Part shown: positions 56,200-64,000 of the stretch, piece by piece
Layout of the letters: the number at the start of each line of letters is the position of its first letter
Position numbering within the stretch: position 1 is the first letter of the stretch
Assembly: GCA_964057225.1 (NCBI GenBank)
Contig: OZ059897.1
Location: forward strand, 124,001-188,000
DNA length: 64,000 nucleotides
Source of the DNA: Auanema rhodensis
Taxonomy: Eukaryota; Animalia; Nematoda
Reading direction: 5' to 3'
Notes under the pieces: model-generated
The model's database searches: none
What the model saw: only the letters and a program-made list of their open reading frames with translations
Told to the model about the DNA's origin: nothing
Program-made: the position numbers and the translations under genes

Positions 56200-59100
56200 A
56201 AGCGTTTCTCAATGTAGTATAGTGCATTCGATGCGGATTTTTAAGCTGCGTCGATCTGTGTTATCAGATTTGCGCTAGCTTAAAAATGCACCGAGATATC
56301 AACTGATATAAGTTCACACCTATATCCTCGATTTTCACCCTGAAGAATTAATTTTTTCGTTGAATAACATTGTCCATCGTCTTTGCCTTGAATAAAAGAA
56401 TCTAAAAACATCTACTTTTTGCCAAATTATTTTGAAATTTTTCGAAAAAATTTTTGTCAAAATGTTTTTGGAAGCAATGTTGAGTGTACATGGAAACTCA
56501 ACATACACTAATGCATCATTTTTCAAACGATTATAACTAATTTTTGTATTAAGCGTTTCTCAATGTAGTATAGTGCATTCGATGCGGATTTTTAAGCTGC
56601 GTCGAACTGTGTTATCAGATTTGCGCTAGCTTAAAAATGCACCGAGATATCAACTGATATAAGTTCACACATATATCCTCGATTTTCACCCTGAAGAATT
56701 AATTTTTTCGTTGAATAACATTGTCCATCGTCTTTGCCTTGAAAAATGGAATCTAAAAACATCTACTTTTTGCTAAATTATTCTGAAATTTTTCGAAAAA
56801 ATTTTTGTCAAAATGTTTTTGGAAGCATTGTTGAGTGTACATGGAAACTCAACATACACTAATGCATCATTTTTCAAAGGATCATAACTAATTTTTGTAT
56901 TAAGCGTTTCTCAATGTAGTATAGTGCATTCGATGCGGATTTTTAAGCTGCGTCGATCTGTGTTATCAGATTTGCGCTAGCTTAAAAATGCACCGAGATA
57001 TCAACTGATATATGTTCACACTTATATCCTCGATTTTCACCCTGAAGAATTAATTTTTTCGTTGAATAACATTGTCCATCGTCTTTGCCTTAAATAAAGG
57101 AATCTAAAAACATCTACTTTTTGCTAAATTATCTTGAAATTTTTCGAAAAAATTTTTGTCAAAATGTTTTTGGAAGCAATGTTGAGTGTACATGGAAACT
57201 CAACATACACTAATGCATCATTTTTCAAACGATCATAACTAATTTTTGTATTAAGCGTTTCTCAATGTAGTATAGTGCATTCGATGCGGATTTTTAAGCT
57301 GCGTCGATCTGTGTTATCAGATTTGCGCTAGCTTAAAAATGCACCGAGATATCAACTGATATATGTTCACACTTATATCCTCGATTTTCACCCTGAAGAA
57401 TTAATTTTTTCGTTGAATAACATTGTCCATCGTCTTTGCCTTAAATAAAGGAATCTAAAAACATCTACTTTTTGCTAAATTATTTTGAAATTTTTCGAAA
57501 AAATTTTTGTCAAAATGTTTTTGGAAGCAATGTTGAGTGTACATGGAAACTCAACATACACTAATGCATCATTTTTCAAACGATCATAACTAATTTTTGT
57601 ATTAAGCGTTTCTCAATGTAGTATAGTGCATTCGATGCGGATTTTTAAGCTGCGTCGATCTGTGTTATCAGATTTGCGCTAGCTTAAAAATGCACCGAGA
57701 TATCAACTGATATAAGTTCACACTTATATCCTCGATTTTCACCCTGAAGAAATAATTTTTTCGTTGAATAACATTGTCCATCGTCTTTGCCTTGAAAAAT
57801 GGAATCTAAAAACATCTACTTTTTGCTAAATTATTCTGAAATTTTTCGAAAAAATTTTTGTCAAAATGTTTTTGGAAGCATTGTTGAGTGTACATGGAAA
57901 CTCAACATACACTAATGCATCATTTTTCAAAGGATCATAACTAATTTTTGTATTAAGCGTTTCTCAATGTAGTATAGTGCATTCGATGCGGATTTTTAAG
58001 CTGCGTCGATCTGTGTTATCAGATTTGCGCTAGCTTAAAAATGCACCGAGATATCAACTGATATAAGTTCACACTTATATCCTCGATTTTCACCCTGAAG
58101 AAATAATTTTTTCGTTGAATAACATTGTCCATCGTCTTTGCCTTGAAAAATGGAATCTAAAAACATCTACTTTTTGCTAAATTATTCTGAAATTTTTCGA
58201 AAAAATTTTTGTCAAAATGTTTTTGGAAGCAATGTTGAGTGTACATGGAAACTCAACATACACTAATGCATCATTTTTCAAACGATCATAACTAATTTTT
58301 GTATCAAGCGTTTCTCAATGTAGTTTAGTGCATTCGATGCGGATTTTTAAGCTGCGTCGATCTCTGTTATCAGATTTGCGCTAGCTTAAAAATGCACCGA
58401 GATATCAACTGATATAAGTTCACACTTATATCCTCGATTTTCACCCTGAAGAAATAATTTTTTCGTTGAATAACATTGTCCATCGTTTTTGCCTTGAAAA
58501 AAGGAATCTAAAAACATCTACTTTTTGCTAAATTATTTTGAAATTTTTTGAAAAAATTTTTGTCAAAATGTTTTTGGAAGCATTGTTGAATGTACATGGA
58601 AACTCAACATACACTAATGCATCATTTTTCAAAGGATCATAACTAATTTTTGTATTAAGCGTTTCTCAATGTAGTATAGTGCATTCGATGCGGATTTTTA
58701 AGCTGCGTCGATCTGTGTTATCAGATTTGCGCTAGCTTAAAAATGCACCGAGATATCAACTGATATAAGTTCACACCTATATCCTCGATTTTCACCCTGA
58801 AGAATTAATTTTTTCGTTGAATAACATTGTCCATCGTCTTTGCCTTGAATAAAAGAATCTAAAAACATCTACTTTTTGCTAAATTATTTTGAAATTTTTC
58901 GAAAAAATTTTTGTCAAAATGTTTTTGGAAGCAATGTTGAGTGTACATGGAAACTCAACATACACTAATGCATCATTTTTCAAACGATTATTACTAATTT
59001 TTGTATTAAGCGTTTCTCAATGTAGTATAGTGCATTCGATGCGGATTTTTAAGCTGCGTCGAACTGTGTTATCAGATTTGCGCTAGCTTAAAAATGCACC

Positions 59101-62100
59101 GAGATATCAACTGATATAAGTTCACACATATATCCTCGATTTTCACCCTGAAGAATTAATTTTTTCGTTGAATAACATTGTCCATCGTCTTTGCCTTGAA
59201 AAATGGAATCTAAAAACATCTACTTTTTGCTAAATTATTCTGAAATTTTTCGAAAAAATTTTTGTCAAAATGTTTTTGGAAGCATTGTTGAGTGTACATG
59301 GAAACTCAACATACACTAATGCATCATTTTTCAAAGGATCATAACTAATTTTTGTATTAAGCGTTTCTCAATGTAGTATAGTGCATTCGATGCGGATTTT
59401 TAAGCTGCGTCGATCTGTGTTATCAGATTTGCGCTAGCTTAAAAATGCACCGAGATATCAACTGATATATGTTCACACTTATATCCTCGATTTTCACCCT
59501 GAAGAATTAATTTTTTCGTTGAATAACATTGTCCATCGTCTTTGCCTTAAATAAAGGAATCTAAAAACATCTACTTTTTGCTAAATTATTTTGAAATTTT
59601 TCGAAAAAATTTTTGTCAAAATGTTTTTGGAAGCATTGTTGAGTGTACATGGAAACTCAACATACACTAATGCATCATTTTTCAAACGATCATAACTAAT
59701 TTTTGTATCAAGCGTTTCTCAATGTAGTTTAGTGCATTCGATGCGGATTTTTAAGCTGCGTCGATCTGTGTTATCAGATTTGCGCTAGCTTAAAAATGCA
59801 CCGAGATATCAACTGATATAAGTTCACACCTATATCCTCGATTTTCACCCTGAAGAATTAATTTTTTCGTTGAATAACATTGTCCATCGTCTTTGCCTTG
59901 AAAAATGGAATCTAAAAACATCTACTTTTTGCTAAATTATTCTGAAATTTTTCGAAAAAATTTTTGTCAAAATGTTTTTGGAAGCATTGTTGAGTGTACA
60001 TGGAAACTCAACATACACTAATGCATCATTTTTCAAAGGATCATAACTAATTTTTGTATTAAGCGTTTCTCAATGTAGTATAGTGCATTCGATGCGGATT
60101 TTTAAGCTGCGTCGATCTGTGTTATCAGATTTGCGCTAGCTTAAAAATGCACCGAGATATCAACTGATATATGTTCACACTTATATCCTCGATTTTCACC
60201 CTGAAGAATTAATTTTTTCGTTGAATAACATTGTCCATCGTCTTTGCCTTAAATAAAGGAATCTAAAAACATCTACTTTTTGCTAAATTATTTTGAAATT
60301 TTTCGAAAAAATTTTTGTCAAAATGTTTTTGGAAGCATTGTTGAGTGTACATGGAAACTCAACATACACTAATGCATCATTTTTCAAACGATCATAACTA
60401 ATTTTTGTATCAAGCGTTTCTCAATGTAGTTTAGTGCATTCGATGCGGATTTTTAAGCTGCGTCGATCTGTGTTATCAGATTTGCGCTAGCTTAAAAATG
60501 CACCGAGATATCAACTGATATATGTTCACACTTATATCCTCGATTTTCACCCTGAAGAATTAATTTTTTCGTTGAATAACATTGTCCATCGTCTTTGCCT
60601 TAAATAAAGGAATCTAAAAACATCTACTTTTTGCTAAATTATTTTGAAATTTTTCGAAAAAATTTTTGTCAAAATGTTTTTGGAAGCAATGTTGAGTGTA
60701 CATGGAAACTCAACATACACTAATGCATCATTTTTCAAACGATCATAACTAATTTTTGTATTAAGCGTTTCTCAATGTAGTATAGTGCATTCGATGCGGA
60801 TTTTTAAGCTGCGTCGATCTGTGTTATCAGATTTGCGCTAGCTTAAAAATGCACCGAGATATCAACTGATATAAGTTCACACTTATATCCTCGATTTTCA
60901 CCCTGAAGAAATAATTTTTTCGTTGAATAACATTGTCCATCGTCTTTGCCTTGAAAAATGGAATCTAAAAACATCTACTTTTTGCTAAATTATTCTGAAA
61001 TTTTTCGAAAAAATTTTTGTCAAAATGTTTTTGGAAGCATTGTTGAGTGTACATGGAAACTCAACATACACTAATGCATCATTTTTCAAAGGATCATAAC
61101 TAATTTTTGTATTAAGCGTTTCTCAATGTAGTATAGTGCATTCGATGCGGATTTTTAAGCTGCGTCGATCTGTGTTATCAGATTTGCGCTAGCTTAAAAA
61201 TGCACCGAGATATCAACTGATATAAGTTCACACTTATATCCTCGATTTTCACCCTGAAGAAATAATTTTTTCGTTGAATAACATTGTCCATCGTCTTTGC
61301 CTTGAAAAATGGAATCTAAAAACATCTACTTTTTGCTAAATTATTGTGAAATTTTTCGAAAAAATTTTTGTCAAAATGTTTTTGGAAGCAATGTTGAGTG
61401 TACATGGAAACTCAACATACACTAATGCATCATTTTTCAAACGATCATAACTAATTTTTGTATCAAGCGTTTCTCAATGTAGTTTAGTGCATTCGATGCG
61501 GATTTTTAAGCTGCGTCGATCTCTGTTATCAGATTTGCGCTAGCTTAAAAATGCACCGAGATATCAACTGATATAAGTTCACACTTATATCCTCGATTTT
61601 CACCCTGAAGAAATAATTTTTTCGTTGAATAACATTGTCCATCGTCTTTGCCTTGAAAAATGGAATCTAAAAACATCTACTTTTTGCTAAATTATTCTGA
61701 AATTTTTCGAAAAAATTTTTGTCAAAATGTTTTTGGAAGCAATGTTGAGTGTACATGGAAACTCAACATACACTAATGCATCATTTTTCAAACGATCATA
61801 ACTAATTTTTGTATCAAGCGTTTCTCAATGTAGTTTAGTGCATTCGATGCGGATTTTTAAGCTGCGTCGATCTCTGTTATCAGATTTGCGCTAGCTTAAA
61901 AATGCACCGAGATATCAACTGATATAAGTTCACACTTATATCCTCGATTTTCACCCTGAAGAAATAATTTTTTCGTTGAATAACATTGTCCATCGTTTTT
62001 GCCTTGAAAAAAGGAATCTAAAAACATCTACTTTTTGCTAAATTATTTTGAAATTTTTTGAAAAAATTTTTGTCAAAATGTTTTTGGAAGCATTGTTGAA

Positions 62101-64000
62101 TGTACATGGAAACTCAACATACACTAATGCATCATTTTTCAAAGGATCATAACTAATTTTTGTATTAAGCGTTTCTCAATGTAGTATAGTGCATTCGATG
62201 CGGATTTTTAAGCTGCGTCGATCTGTGTTATCAGATTTGCGCTAGCTTAAAAATGCACCGAGATATCAACTGATATAAGTTCACACCTATATCCTCGATT
62301 TTCACCCTGAAGAATTAATTTTTTCGTTGAATAACATTGTCCATCGTCTTTGCCTTGAATAAAAGAATCTAAAAACATCTACTTTTTGCTAAATTATTTT
62401 GAAATTTTTCGAAAAAATTTTTGTCAAAATGTTTTTGGAAGCAATGTTGAGTGTACATGGAAACTCAACATACACTAATGCATCATTTTTCAAACGATTA
62501 TTACTAATTTTTGTATTAAGCGTTTCTCAATGTAGTATAGTGCATTCGATGCGGATTTTTAAGCTGCGTCGAACTGTGTTATCAGATTTGCGCTAGCTTA
62601 AAAATGCACCGAGATATCAACTGATATAAGTTCACACATATATCCTCGATTTTCACCCTGAAGAATTAATTTTTTCGTTGAATAACATTGTCCATCGTCT
62701 TTGCCTTGAAAAATGGAATCTAAAAACATCTACTTTTTGCTAAATTATTCTGAAATTTTTCGAAAAAATTTTTGTCAAAATGTTTTTGGAAGCATTGTTG
62801 AGTGTACATGGAAACTCAACATACACTAATGCATCATTTTTCAAAGGATCATAACTAATTTTTGTATTAAGCGTTTCTCAATGTAGTATAGTGCATTCGA
62901 TGCGGATTTTTAAGCTGCGTCGATCTGTGTTATCAGATTTGCGCTAGCTTAAAAATGCACCGAGATATCAACTGATATATGTTCACACTTATATCCTCGA
63001 TTTTCACCCTGAAGAATTAATTTTTTCGTTGAATAACATTGTCCATCGTCTTTGCCTTAAATAAAGGAATCTAAAAACATCTACTTTTTGCTAAATTATT
63101 TTGAAATTTTTCGAAAAAATTTTTGTCAAAATGTTTTTGGAAGCATTGTTGAGTGTACATGGAAACTCAACATACACTAATGCATCATTTTTCAAACGAT
63201 CATAACTAATTTTTGTATCAAGCGTTTCTCAATGTAGTTTAGTGCATTCGATGCGGATTTTTAAGCTGCGTCGATCTGTGTTATCAGATTTGCGCTAGCT
63301 TAAAAATGCACCGAGATATCAACTGATATATGTTCACACTTATATCCTCGATTTTCACCCTGAAGAATTAATTTTTTCGTTGAATAACATTGTCCATCGT
63401 CTTTGCCTTAAATAAAGGAATCTAAAAACATCTACTTTTTGCTAAATTATTTTGAAATTTTTCGAAAAAATTTTTGTCAAAATGTTTTTGGAAGCAATGT
63501 TGAGTGTACATGGAAACTCAACATACACTAATGCATCATTTTTCAAACGATCATAACTAATTTTTGTATTAAGCGTTTCTCAATGTAGTATAGTGCATTC
63601 GATGCGGATTTTTAAGCTGCGTCGATCTGTGTTATCAGATTTGCGCTAGCTTAAAAATGCACCGAGATATCAACTGATATAAGTTCACACTTATATCCTC
63701 GATTTTCACCCTGAAGAAATAATTTTTTCGTTGAATAACATTGTCCATCGTCTTTGCCTTGAAAAATGGAATCTAAAAACATCTACTTTTTGCTAAATTA
63801 TTCTGAAATTTTTCGAAAAAATTTTTGTCAAAATGTTTTTGGAAGCATTGTTGAGTGTACATGGAAACTCAACATACACTAATGCATCATTTTTCAAAGG
63901 ATCATAACTAATTTTTGTATTAAGCGTTTCTCAATGTAGTATAGTGCATTCGATGCGGATTTTTAAGCTGCGTCGATCTGTGTTATCAGATTTGCGCTAG
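56200..64000. repeat. Variable 7-mer/10-mer higher-order repeat, array B
   Basis: The linked haplotype CACACCT + AATAAAAG + CGATTA + CGAACTG recurs at 56320, 58777 and 62287 (spacings 2457 = 7 x 351 and 3510 = 10 x 351). Confidence 0.8.

Larger units (their letters stand above)
18285..64000. repeat. Satellite array B: 351-bp monomer, head-to-tail, about 130.2 copies, continuing past the window end
   Basis: TTGTATTAAGCG starts at 18285 and again at 63915 (130 x 351 later). Lines 18301, 25321, 32341, 39361, 46381, 53401 and 60421 (20-monomer steps) all begin TCAATGTAGT. About 31% GC by hand count. Confidence 0.99.

Noticed and set aside
34222-56526. Nine minus-strand 63-aa ORFs (MKNDALV...)
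   Set aside because: They exist only where the GCTAAA>GCCAAA SNP turns TAG into TGG. They start at TTG, lie wholly within satellite monomers and are interrupted in about 120 other copies.
50816-62596. Four plus-strand 65-aa ORFs (MKFFEKI...)
   Set aside because: They arise from SNPs that remove a TAA (CATAAC>CATACC or TTATTAC). They start at TTG, have the F/K/S-rich composition expected from AT-rich DNA and show no recognisable domain.
3685-62596. A preferred duplication size of about 3.5 kb in both arrays (3520 and 3510 bp)
   Set aside because: The first 3510-bp offset in B decomposes as 6+4 monomers, and many other sizes occur (528 to 5104 bp), so this is probably coincidence.
1-64000. 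CRISPR array or other repeat-spacer system
   Set aside because: Whole monomers repeat with no unique spacers, and there are no cas or other genes.

Overview
The window is entirely AT-rich (about 31-32% GC) tandem satellite DNA, most likely eukaryotic centromeric, pericentromeric or other heterochromatin. I do not recognise the organism or the named satellite families. Array A (1-18102) has about 102.85 copies of a 176-bp monomer. Array B (18285-64000) has about 130.2 copies of an apparently unrelated 351-bp monomer. They meet with no unique spacer, through a 187-bp inverted fragment of the B monomer (18100-18286). That junction has 2-3 bp microhomologies and a 9-bp inverted duplication. Both arrays keep exact monomer phase end to end and vary only by substitution. 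The substitutions reveal nested block duplications: 9-, 20-, 29- and 3-mers in A, and 2- to 10-mers plus regional haplotype domains in B. Both monomers are rich in dyad symmetries, and several array-A variants perfect local quasi-palindromes. I found no credible genes, RNA genes, CRISPR or transposons; the listed ORFs are artefacts of single SNPs that remove a stop codon. The most interesting signals are the junction architecture, the possible template-switch mutational signature, the hairpin-chain 351-bp unit and the near 1:2 monomer length ratio.
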